A stretch of 64,000 bases of DNA from Basidiobolus meristosporus CBS 931.73 (taxonomy: Eukaryota > Fungi > Basidiobolomycota): NCBI GenBank assembly GCA_002104905.1, contig MCFE01000082.1, forward strand, positions 1-64,000, written 5' to 3'. The position numbers were made by a program, and so were the translations under genes. Below are positions 49,478 through 61,563 of the stretch, piece after piece. Below the pieces are notes generated by a model that had not been told where the DNA came from, searched no databases, and was given only the letters and a program-made list of their open reading frames with translations. Numbering within the stretch: position 1 is the first letter of the stretch; each line of letters opens with the position of its first letter.

Positions 49478-49708
49478 ATGGAAGATATTTCAATAAACGT
49501 TAAAGCTAGCTCGGGCTACATCCAACTATCTTACGGATTTCTCTTCAATGATGTTGGCTTGATAACATCCGGAAAAGACTTGGTGCGCGAAGCTAAGATT
49601 GACCATAGCATCAAGTACCGAGCTGTTAGCAGTACTCGCTTGGAGCGTTCAGTTCCTGACTCAATACTCCTTCCTATTAACCTATCACAGAAGCTGATCC
49701 AATGCTGA
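49478..49708 (+). CDS. 76-aa orphan protein, paralog of 47928-48173
   Basis: MEDISINVKASSGYIQLSYGFLFNDVGLITSGKDLVREAKID aligns without gaps to the paralog. Start context aaacaATGG; tatttaag ~65 bp upstream. Confidence 0.65.
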   Translation: MEDISINVKASSGYIQLSYGFLFNDVGLITSGKDLVREAKIDHSIKYRAVSSTRLERSVPDSILLPINLSQKLIQC

Positions 49709-50385
49709 TTGTAAAGAATACCATTGTCCGAGCCTTGGACCGCCTCCTTTGTCTATAGCTACCCATACCGCCTCTATAACTTCCTTTTTGACGGTGGGTT
49801 AAATGTCTTTGCGTATATATATTTCTCCGGAAAAGTTCAGCTTGTTGTACAGCTTCTTGTTACGTTCTTGAATTGCGTCTTTTGTCTGTAATTGCATCAA
49901 TTCTTACTGTCTTGTCTGAACATAACCTTTCAAAATAAATGTTAAGTTGATGAGCTTGTCAAGTGGAGCGTTGCTGGTATGAAAATGGATCTCATTCCCC
50001 TGACCGATCTCCTGAAGCACATCTTCAATAAGTGAGTTTGAGGTTCCAGTGCAGCGTTATTGTACATACGACTGACGCGAAACACGAGGACTCCATGTGC
50101 ATGCATGTGATCGTAGAGTTGTCTATGCTCAAGCCTTAAACCGGCCAACCTTGAAACTTGTCAAATTATGTGGATAGTTTTCGATCTATATCTCCTCTAG
50201 ACCCGGACGCGGATCTACGATTCTATGCTAAATTTTGATACCATACGGAACATGACTAGCGCCAAATAAACCACATACCATAATCGACAAATAGTGCCCA
50301 AAGAGCGATAAATAAGGATATTTTATTACACAGCCCAAAATTTCTGTATTGCTATTTTGCACAGTTAGAAGTGCCGACTTCCATT

Positions 50386-50919
50386 TTAATAAGACCAGAC
50401 TAGGAAGCGGAAGTCAGAGCGGTCATACGTTGCTCCAAATATGGAGACTCCGTAGGGTTCAAAAATGAAGCGTGTTTCTGTCGCAGTTGTGACGTCTGTT
50501 GGTTGGAGTAGCGGTGACTTGACTTTCGGATTATATTTCTCCAGTCCACTCAAAGCCGGCCTGTTCAAGATGCAGGTGTTAGAGGCTTGTACGAATCTAG
50601 TGTTAACTCAAAGATTAGCATCAATATCATTCATAGATATAAATGATATTGAATATTATCAGAGGCAACGTTGCGTTCTCCTGTTGCAAACTCACTGGAA
50701 TACTGGCATTATCACATTAACAGTTAAAAATTTGTTCAGAATTCCAATCTATTTGAGAAATATACAGAACAAGCCACGATTTAGTAAACTCAGATATAGA
50801 AGGTCTATTTTTGGATTTCAACTAATTAATTTATCCATTCAAATAAATATGGAAATGGAGAATTCCTTTGAATTCACCTGATTATTTCTTTTTTGTTGAG
50901 GGAAGGGTGTCTGAGCACC
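50386..50919 (-). CDS. Candidate spliced orphan gene (3 visible exons, 5' end unresolved)
   Basis: Exons 50919-50878, 50748-50696 and 50596-50386 join in frame through GT-AG introns with branch-like motifs. No recognisable homology. Confidence 0.3.
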
Positions 50920-52266
50920 CTAATTTGTGGGGAGTATCGATGTGACTTCATCTTTTTCTCATTGAAGTGCTCTTCATTATTATCGTGAGACGAATGGCTA
51001 AAGTCACCCAAGGTCCAACAATGGGGGATTTTGCGCGTACGATGCAATACTCTTCCAGAGACGAATTTGTCTACAGGGCTTACAGATTTTAGAGCTGTTC
51101 CGCAACAATAGTAGTTTTCGAAAATATACCACATATACATCTTACTATGCTTGTACAGTGTTCAGGTCCTTACTGAAGTATCTCGACCCAAACAAAAATT
51201 CTCTTGATTATTTCATTATACATACCGAGTGCTATTTCATACATCGTTTCGTTTGACCTGAAATACCTAATGTTATCACCAGTTCTAAGGTTAGGTTAAC
51301 AAGTGAGTTGTTGACAAACCTAAATTCAAGTTAGTAAGCACACTGGTTTTCGAGCGAAGCACTGGTCTATTTTTGGAATAGTGGGTTGAATAGGTTAAAC
51401 CCACTTGGGTGTTGGGGGTCGTTCTCTGTAAAGCAAAGCGAGAAAAATACGAGATGGTCAAAGTGGCTACACTTACAACAGCCTTGTGATAGATGATAAT
51501 AAGTCGTGTTAATTGTATTACATGAATCGCAAGTACAGCATTAATGGACAGGATAAATCCGGAAATCATCTTGATATGTGTTCAATCATCCAAATGCTAA
51601 ACCTACAACCGAGCATCAGAAGTTGTGTTCTAAATTATAAAGCGCTCTCGATGGAATCTATAGAGGCTTCAAATCAACCACATGATGGTTTCGACTAACG
51701 CGTACAAGGCTAGATTTGCTGTAGATGTGTCCGGTATTATTCTCAGCAATTCTGAGCTAGAGGCAATCAGATAGATTTGCTCTTATTTACACATGTGCAT
51801 GCTGGATCACCCAACTGCATATGTTTTTCATCAGTGAGTCGTTTTCTTGCTCCTTCCCAGGTAAAAATTACCTAAAACATTATACACCTCACGAATGGAA
51901 TGAGTGTTACATAGTGTATTCAGTCAGATTCAATTTCGGATTCTTTAGGTCAAAATCGTGGAATAATGTCTTGAAATAATCGAACCCAAAGTTTCTCACA
52001 ACTGCAGGCTCCTTCCAATTTTATACTTGATAATGAGAAAGCAAGTAGTACTATAGCTGGTTTGGATCAAATGCCCCTGCACAAAAATTAAATGGCTTGA
52101 GCTGTAGTGACCCATCATAGAGTAGTTTCCGGGACACCACCAGAGTCACTTCTCTAACCGAGAGCGCGGTTGTTGTGAATTCCGAGGCTTCTTAGGGAGC
52201 TCTTCCACAGTTTGCAACTTTTAGCCCAAAAAACTAGCCAAATAATCTCCCATATTTCTTCGCCGC

Positions 52267-54710
52267 ATGTCGAAAGTACAAGTATTGAATCAATCGTCAC
52301 CAGTTAACGATTTCTCTTCTTTGCTTGACACTTCTCGAATATATACTGACGACGTTCGGGCTACAGAGGATTTACACCTTCTTACGAAAGCGGAGCGTAA
52401 GTCTTTGGGGTCAAACCAAGTTACATCTGTGTTTGACTCATACTGTGACGAGAAGTCTCGCCGTTCGGGGGACTTCGGTCTTCCAAAAGAACCCATTTCT
52501 CCCGTAATAGAAAAATTGGGTCAACCCAATATGAACCAACCCACTTTGCTGAGTCGCTACTCTGAAAAGATCAACTCTGTATTCGAGAACAAGCAAGCGT
52601 ATGAGCTTGAGATTAACGAAAAAGAGAAGCCTCCCAAAATTCCCACCGATTCGTTCGTGGCGGCCCACATACCCGAAGAGCCAGAGCTTTTGAAAAGTAG
52701 CATGGAAGCAACGCCCTACAGTGCTAATACTAGAGCCGCTTTATGGAAAAATGTCCAAAAGGCGGTATCTGGAAAATCAGAGTATCTGAGTAAAGAGGGC
52801 CTTGCCTCACACAGCCTGCTACAAACAGAGCAAATGGACCCAGAGAAGATCAAACTTCTTCGCGCTCTCCTTTTATTGAAGGAACAGTTAGGGAAAGCAC
52901 AGGTGGGTTGTTGGTTTCTATCAAAGGGTTGAAGTAATAAGACTCAGCTTTATGTCCTTATAACTAGGTAAAAGTTGGCCAAAATTGTGAATACGCTGCT
53001 CAGAGAATAGCAGATAGTGAGAGACATCACCAGGTTGCTCTCCAAGAGGCTGCTTATCTTAGGATGAAAATATCTGCCATGAATAGTTCCTCTCCCGAGA
53101 ATCTTGCCAAGATCGAACATAACCGGATTGTTGAATTGGAAAAGCGACTGGCGAAAGCACTAGCCGAAAACCAATCTCTCTTGTCCAAAATAGACCTTCA
53201 GGCCCAAGAAACAGCAAAAGACAGAGAAACCAGATTATTGGCTGAAGAGAGTTCCAAGAACAATCTAAGTCGGGCTGTTGAGGCTGAAAATAGGTACTGT
53301 GGTTTAAAAAACAAGTTTGCTGCCCTGGAAGAGGCGCTGAAAAAGTCCCAACAAACAATTTTTGATGCAAATAACAAAGCCTCCAAAGCCGAAGCTACTC
53401 TCTATGCCAAGGAAACTGAGGCCACAGTGATGCTTGAGCGTTTAGCCTCATTGGAAGAGAGCTCGGCCCAAGAAAGACAGGCCAGGGAACTGGCCTCCAA
53501 TGTTGTGAATGCAGCAAATGAGCGTGCCAACGAGGCCGAGAGGATGTGGATGGACGCGCAACAGGAAATCCAGGCTCTGGAGAAGGAGTCGATCGAGCTT
53601 CGTAAGACTATCGAGCAAAAATCCGAGGAATTAGCCAGAACTCATTTCCAAGCGAGTGAAATGGAGGCGTTGTGGTTAACCACCAAAGAGCAACTACAGT
53701 CCTTGAATTCAATCTCCCAGGTCTTTCATAACTCGAAATATCTTTCGGATGGTGGTGCGGAGGATAAATTAATGCGTGCCAACTATCGTATTGCCGAGCT
53801 TGAGGCTGAGCTGAACCTCTTAAGAGAAGTGAAGGAGGGATCACGAGATGTGATCGAAAAGCTTGAGAGCGATAATCATTCGCTGACTCAAACAGCTGAG
53901 GACTTGGAGAAGAAACACCATGATACACAATCGGATCTTAGCGAAATTCGCCTTCGATTGGCAGAAGCGCAGGATGACGTCTTTGAAATGAAGCTGCAGC
54001 TTATGAATTCTCAGGATCTTCTGAGAGCAGAGTCCTTGGAGCTCGAGGGAGCCCGATTGAAAATCACCACACTGGCAAATATGATGCAAGAAATAAGCCG
54101 CACTGGAAGTTTAGACTCTCATCGAATCGTTGCCATGGCATCCGATAAATTGGATAACGATCTTAAATCTCGCCAACACAGCCCTGAAGACAATGCCAAA
54201 TTAAGACAACAGCTCGAATCCATACAAGACCGACTGAATCAAACCAAGTTACATAATAAGGAGCTGCAAGAGAAATACAAATCTACTTTGCAAGAGTTGC
54301 ATGTGATTATTGAGAAACAGCAACCACTGGTTGACTCTGAAAAAGCAGCCAGGGCGAAAGTTGCTGCAGCTGAGCATGAGATTGCAAAATTGAAGGATCA
54401 GTTTTTGGCTATGCAGGTCAAAGCCAATTCTCTTGAGGACCTACTACGTCAGTCCCGCCCAAAACCCACTTCGCTGAATAATGATCTAGAGATTTGTGTT
54501 CAAGTGAACCAAGAAAGAGTCCAACAACTTGAAAAGCTACTGGAAGAAAGCGAGAGGAAATCGGCACGGTTGGAGAAGGATACACAACGTGCTATAAAGT
54601 ATGTCCGAGATTCAGAATCCATGCTCCGAAAGATGAAAGCTGAGCTGCAGCGCTCGCAAGCGCAGGTGATTGAAATGACGAAACAAATGAGGGCCAAGCA
54701 GATGGCGTAG
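52267..54710 (+). CDS. Long coiled-coil protein resembling the C-terminal half of Tea1/Kel1 polarity proteins, 2 exons
   Basis: ALQEAAYLRMKISAM...EHNRIVELEKRLAKALAENQ resembles the Tea1/TeaA coiled-coil signature. Intron 52903-52967 keeps frame. Confidence 0.6.
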
Positions 54711-55380
54711 AGTCGCACATTGTTCATTCGTTCTAATCAGATTCTATCTGCTTGGCACATTTTGTTCTAATCTGGATTATGTTCATACAAAACAATGAAC
54801 TGGTATAAACTTAATTTTGATCGTTGATTTTGCGGAGGGATTATACCATTAATATGCTCGCGCACTCCAATGTACTTTTAAAATATTTATTAAACCGAAA
54901 AACAATACCTCTCACTACGTTAGCAGTATTTCACCATCACAGTGTGGTGATTAGGTGATCAGCATCTTGAAACTTGAAACTATCACTGTTCGAGACCCAC
55001 CCCTGAACCGTCCGTCGATCATTTACAAATTAGGCAAAATGGCATTGAGACCTGTATATCTCGAAAATATAGTTCGCAGTATAAATTTGAAAAGTACGTT
55101 AGAAATAAAGTACTTTCCTTTCTTCCTTACCTCAAGAGTTGAGCCCGTTTCTCGGTTAGTATCCCTTAGTGGCACGCACTATGACAATAGTTTGCTTCTG
55201 ATTTATGCATGCATGATTGAAATGGTTCATTTGTTGAGTTTGTGAGTTGCTGCCCTGCATCGAGTTGTGTTGTTTAACGTTGTGATGCATTGATAAAACG
55301 AGAGATTGAATTCAAAACATTTTAATGTATTAAGATGATTTACACTGGCATTGTAATGGAGTATGAAGTCGCCACCACGT

Positions 55381-58199
55381 TTACAATTTGGATGTCAAGG
55401 TGTTCAATTCCACAGCAGCATTAGAGATAGCAATGACATCTCGTTCAACCACGCGAACTCGGAAGATTACCTTGTTGTCTTCCTTCCACATTTGAGTTTC
55501 CAAGGTTTCTCCTGGGAACACGTGTTTTGCAAAACGAGCTTTGACTGATTTGAAGGCATCTGCCTTTCCGTTTCCATACTTTTTGAATATGTGCTTACTA
55601 GCGATACCAAATGTTGCAAGCCCGTGAAGAATAGGCACGTCGAACCCCCCGATGGCTGACATTTCTGGATCAATGTGAAGCGGATTAAGGTCACCACTTA
55701 AGCGATAGAGTGCGGCTTGGCTTTCATTGGTTTTTTCTTGAATAACTACATCGGGCTTGCGATTTGGAGGTTCATTAGAGGCAGTTGCAGCTCCACGATC
55801 CTTGGCATGCTTACTCCCAACACCTTTAACACCACGGATGAACACAGAAGACTCGTTTTCAAACACAACATCTCCAGTTTCGTCAACGGTTTCAACATGG
55901 AAGACCACAACCACACCCTTACCCTTATCAAGAATATCGATAATACGAGGTTTGGATGTAAGGGTGCCAGATGTGGGAATTGGCTTCTTCAACTTGAGAT
56001 ACTGCTCACCATGAAGTAACATCATCGGGTTGAAAGACGGAATGAATTCGTCATAGCGAATAGACTCCATGCCAACAAATGATGGTATAACGCCAAATGT
56101 AGGAAGAGCCATGAAATCCGCGGAATTTTCGTATACAAGTGGGAGATCCTTACGAGTTGCCCCGACTCCAAGAGCGTATAGGATTACATCACGTTCAGTG
56201 TATGTAAACTTCGCTGATGCAAACTCCTTGTTTTCAAGGGACTCGGGCTCTTCCTCTTGATCCGCGCGAACAATATTTTCTTGAATATCCATGAGGGATT
56301 CCCTTGTACTGGTAGGATACTGAACTCTACCGTCTTCGAAGTTACAGATCTTCTGCCATTGTGTAGCAACCACTTCGGGAGTTAACTTCTTTTTGACTGA
56401 GAATCCGTGGCCGCCAGTACGTTGCCATCTGACTTTACCAATCCAGCAACTTCCAACTTGGAAACAAGAGCCAGTTTCAGGGCATTGGTCATGGCCGAGG
56501 AACCCAACCAAAGGCGCAACATATTCAGGCTTGAATAGCTCTACCATTTCAGGTGGCATGATTGTGGCAGTCATGGCCGTGCCAGCGTGAGGAGCAACAG
56601 TGTTCACCAAAATATTGTATTTTTGACCTTCAAGAGCAAGACTGTTGCTAAGAGATAAGATACCAGCCTTGGCAGAGCTGTAGTTCGCTTGACCAAAATT
56701 GCCGAAAAGACCAACAGCTGAGCAGGTATTAATAATTCGACCATATTTTTGCTTCTGGAAAACTGGCCAAGCTGCCTTGCACATTTTGAAGGTTCCTCTT
56801 AGATGGACCCGATGGACCGAGTCCCAATCTTCATCCGACATCTTTACAAATGATCTGTCACGTAAGATGCCTGCATTATTTACGACAACATCCAATCTAC
56901 CAAATGCCTGGAGAGCTGTAGCAACGACTTTTTCGCCCTCTTCGACCGAATCAGTATTGGCAACGGCCTTTCCACCTTCAGATTTGATCTCCTTCACCAC
57001 CTTATCAGCGTTGTTTAGGTCATTTACCACAACTGAAGCTCCAAGTCTGGCAAAAAGCTTAGCATATTCTCTACCAATTCCGTTGCCGGCTCCGGTAACG
57101 ATAACTACTTTGCCGTCAAATCGAAGAGGATTGGTTTGTGGGTTTGTGGAAAGCCTCTTCGATTGTTCGAGGTACCCAAGCCAGTCTGTTTCTGCCATGG
57201 AATTAGGATAATAGGGTTTGGTGAAGTCGGTGATAGCATCCCACTTAGCAGCTACTGCAGCAGGAGTAAATGTTTCATCAGGTTTAAATACGTTTCCAAA
57301 TGAGGCCTCCCACCTAAGTTTGGCGACAAAGCCTGCGCCAAGCTCGAAAAGACCACCATTTTCCTGTGTTGATTCGTGGCAGAGGTATCCCACTACAGGA
57401 GTGATGTAATCTGGGCTCAATTTCTCTAGAAGTTCCGGTGGCATTACGGTCTCAGTCATGCGCGAAGCAGCAATAGGAGCAATAACATTTGTGTGGATGT
57501 TATATTTGACACCTTCTCTCGCCAGAGTAAAACCAAACATGGCAGTAGCCAATTTTGCAGCACTATAATTTGCCTGGCCAAAATTTCCATAAATTCCAGC
57601 TGCGGACGAAGTCATGATAATTCTCCCAAACTTTTGCTTTCTGAAAATATCCCAACAAGCTTTAGTGATCTTGTATACACCACGAACATGAACATTTTGG
57701 ATCATGTCCCAATCAGCATCTGTCATTTTAGCGAAGGATTTGTCACGCAATATGCTGGGATGAGGAATTTAGTAATCTGGCGAGAGTGCAAGATATAACA
57801 TCAAGTGAATCACGTACCCAGCATTGTTGATTAGAATATCAACACGCCCGAAAGCTTTCATGGTAGCGTCTACGATTTTTTGCCCATGCTCAACTGAATC
57901 ATAATTGGCAATGGCTTTTCCGCCATTTTTCTTGATTTCCTCTACCACTAGATCAGCAGCTCTGGTTGAAGCGCCACCACCAGAGTGAGAGCTACCAAGA
58001 TCATTCACTACGACAGAAGCGCCCTTCGAGGCGAAGAAAAGGGAATATGCCTTTCCGATGCCTATTTTTAAACAAATCAATATTGTACTTCGAATGTTGC
58101 ATCAAAGGTGTCTTCATTTCCAATGAAATTGATCTTCTTACCACCACCAGCACCAGTGACAATAACCACACGATTATCAAAACGGAGCTCTCGAGTCAT
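55381..58199 (-). CDS. FOX2: Peroxisomal multifunctional beta-oxidation enzyme (2 SDR domains + hydratase 2)
   Basis: Two SDR domains (VTGAGGG/VTGAGNG, NYSAAK/NYSSAK), hydratase motif YRLSGDLNPLHIDP, and C-terminal PTS1 SKL. Confidence 0.96.
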
Positions 58200-59265
58200 A
58201 TTGGATAATGTATTCGGCAAGATAAGCTAGGTTTTATGAGTGTATGGGCGTGTATGAAACGGCAATGAGATGACAGGAATACTGAGGAGTTATTCACTGG
58301 AGTAGGCTTTTATAGCGCTCATCTACGTTAATGCACGGATAGGAATAGGAGAAATAAAGTCACACCACATGCTACTGTATATATCTTTTATTAGGATTTA
58401 CTACAACTCAATCAGATGATGTATTAAGTAGTAAGCATTCGTAATAAGAATTGGTAACGTTCCCAGGATCCTCTTGGAAATATTAGTGATAAAATATTAA
58501 ATTGAAAGCAAAGGTCAAGAAGGATGAATTTGGTTTCACATGAAGGCATACCAACACCGAACAAATCTGAGCTCAGATGTCTTGCCATGATATGATTGGA
58601 AGTGAATGTGCCATGTATCAATTAACATTAGTCAAAGATATCCGTCGGGAAAATAGAAATGAGAGATTCCCATTGATCGAGGAACCGTGTGAGTAATAGG
58701 ATATGTCACTGAAGCATAAGTTAAACCAACATTCAAAACGGACATGGAGCTGGCTACAGTAACTGGCCACTATGCCATGTTGGATACTTGCTATGCATAT
58801 TACCTACAAGTTTGTAACTAAATAATGAAAATTTTCATTTTGCTGCATGGCATATTTCATTCTGGAATAAAACTTTTTTACACAATTGTCCCTGTAAGCC
58901 TGTTGATAGTCTTTATTGGCAATAAAACAACTACTTGGTGAATAATCTAGATCTACGATTTATCCAACTTTCAATGGATACTCTGATCTCATCACAAGCA
59001 AGACTTGAAAGATTACTTGGTTGTGTACTTTATGGCAGCACTTGACTAAAAGGAATATGTTGACTCTGAATTTTGAATTGCTTGCTTCAAGCTAATAGTA
59101 TATTAAAGAAATTCATAAAAGACGGGTTGGCATGGGTCTGGTGGTTTTAAGTTTGCGACGAAAAAGAAAAAAGTGGTGGCTCATACACTTAGTCAAGAGA
59201 CTAGAGTGAGGCAAGTCGTAGACTAGGATACCCAGTTGAGCTGTTAGAGAGAACAAAAACATGAT

Positions 59266-60084
59266 TTACAGAACCAAACATCCCTTCTTCTTTTGCTTGG
59301 TCTTAGTAAGCAAAGCGGCACGAGTAGCATGCTCGAAGACTTGACGAACTCCGTCATTCTCTTTAGCAGAACATTCCAAATACTTGTAGGCACCGATCTT
59401 TGAGGCAACACCGTTAGCCTAAGGAAGACACGTTGTTAGCGATACTCAAATTAATACAGAGTGCAAAGAATTTTTAAAACCTGGTCAGGGGTAACAGGTG
59501 ATTGACCTTGCTTTCTAAGCTCCTCAATAGTTCTGGGATCATTACGTAAATCCTTCTTGCAGCCAACAAGGATAATTGGGAGACCAGCACAGAAATGAAG
59601 TACTTCGGAAATCCACTAAGGGGTTTTATGAATTTTAGCAATGAACATTAGTAGTCTGTAAATAAAGAATATTACCTTCTCTTGTACATTTTCCAAAGAA
59701 TCTGGGGAATCAACGGAGAAACAAATCAAGATAACATGAGAATCAGGATAGGAGAGAGGACGAAGACGATCGTAATCTTCTTGTCCAGCAGTATCCCACA
59801 ATGCTAGCTCAACCCGTTTGCCATCAACTTCAACATCAGCAACATAGTTTTCGAATACAGTGGGAACGTATACCTATATAAGAATAAGTGAGCACAAACA
59901 ATTTGGGGAAGATTTTTGTACGAAAGGAGAAGAATAGATGCTACATCGAGGTTGTAGCGATTGAGAGAAGATATAAAAAAGAGCATACCTCAGGGAAAGT
60001 ACCCTTTGAGAAAACGATCAACAGACAGGTTTTACCACAAGCACCATCACCAACAATTACTAATTTGCGACGAATTTCGGACAT
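59266..60084 (-). CDS. RHO1: Rho1 GTPase, multi-exon
   Basis: [22 protein letters not shown]; YVPTVFENY; [19 protein letters not shown]; YLECSAK; CAAX motif KKKGCLVL*. Confidence 0.96.
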
Positions 60085-61563
60085 GCTAAATGTGTTTGCT
60101 TAGTTCTAAGATGAAAAGAAGTTACTTTAATAAAGTGAAAGGAAATCAAGACAGTCGTTGGGTATAATAATGCACGAAGTACACAAGTGTTTCATAAGAA
60201 AAATACCCTGACGAGATGAAAAATAAAATGAGAATTACCAAAACAAATATCGCGGCACAGTTGTAATAATGAAAACTAAAGAGTAAAGGGGAATGGAATC
60301 CTATGGCGAGATTAAGGTGTGCCTAGGTAAGAAAGGGGTATATGAGTTATGTGGGAGCCGAACAGATACAAAATGGGGACAGAAATTGAGAATAGGGTGA
60401 ATCTAAAAAAATAGATTAAAAATTTCAATCAGCAGTATTAATATGCAGAATTCCCTTGGGATATAGATGCCAGTATAATTTTTATTTTCATTGCAGCTTT
60501 GTTCACTGAGCCACAATTCTGTAAAGATCAACAAAGTTCGGAACTCGATGGAAACACGATTTCTGCAACAAACCACAGTGCAGCCTCTAGATGACTCATG
60601 GTTGGCTATAATTTATGGGTGTTGGTTGTTAGAATGGGTTGATTACACAGATAGGACGCTCTGGAACAAAATAAGTGTAATTCTATTATAAAATCTTCGT
60701 AATTGAAGAACAGCGGAACATAGTATGTTTTCCCTGAGCAGCGGTTGGTAGAGATCTACCGAGCATTTGATGGGCTAGTTTCCGCTCAATGATTAAACGC
60801 TGTTGCAACTGCTCTTTTATGAATGGCGAATAATGCTTTAATCGTCGGCTTCATGCTTTGTAGGGCAAATTTGCCATGTATCATACTCGTTAAATATACG
60901 GATGTTATATCTCAATTAGCTTCTATTAGATATTGCATCAAGGTCCTCGCGGTGACTACTCCTTGGAGTTTCTGCTTATCAAGCACGGATTTTGCGTTCT
61001 ACATCTCAGTCTAATCCACATGCACGAGAATTACATACAGCCTGACTTATCCTTATGTTTCAACATCAGTTGCCATAGTAGTTTTCAACCGTCCAAACAA
61101 ATGATATAGTTAGTGTTGAGATTTGAGTTACTGGTATTACACTGGATCCACAAACTGACATCACTCTTGGCAAGTTATTATGAAATGGCTAGAATAATTC
61201 CTTGAGGTTTTGTATTTGAAACACTTGACACAACGTCGCCAATGTTAAGCCCACAAGTTCAATTGAATGATTTCGCCAATATCTGACTGTTTAATTTGAA
61301 AGTTGACTTGTTTTATATCTATTTACACAAGTAGATGGCAAGTTTGAGACGGCGTAGAGCAATACAGTAGGATAGTAAAAAAATTCACATACAAATAATC
61401 AATCAAAAACCACAGGAAAGATACAAAAACATACCACGATATAATCTGATTTCTCGGATACTTAATTCAATGACCACTATAAGTTGGTCATATTCCATCA
61501 CACGCTAAAAAGTTCAAAAATAAATAATTGATTGCTTCAAAGGTGCACCTCGGAAGGATGTAA

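Noticed and set aside
58400-59130. CpG-poor AT-rich stretch between FOX2 and RHO1 as a possible TE remnant
   Set aside because: No similarity to the LTR family and no TE protein motifs found.
60709-60804. Several short nested stems upstream of RHO1 suggesting a structured RNA
   Set aside because: Stems are only 6-7 bp and there are no snRNA, snoRNA or riboswitch consensus motifs.
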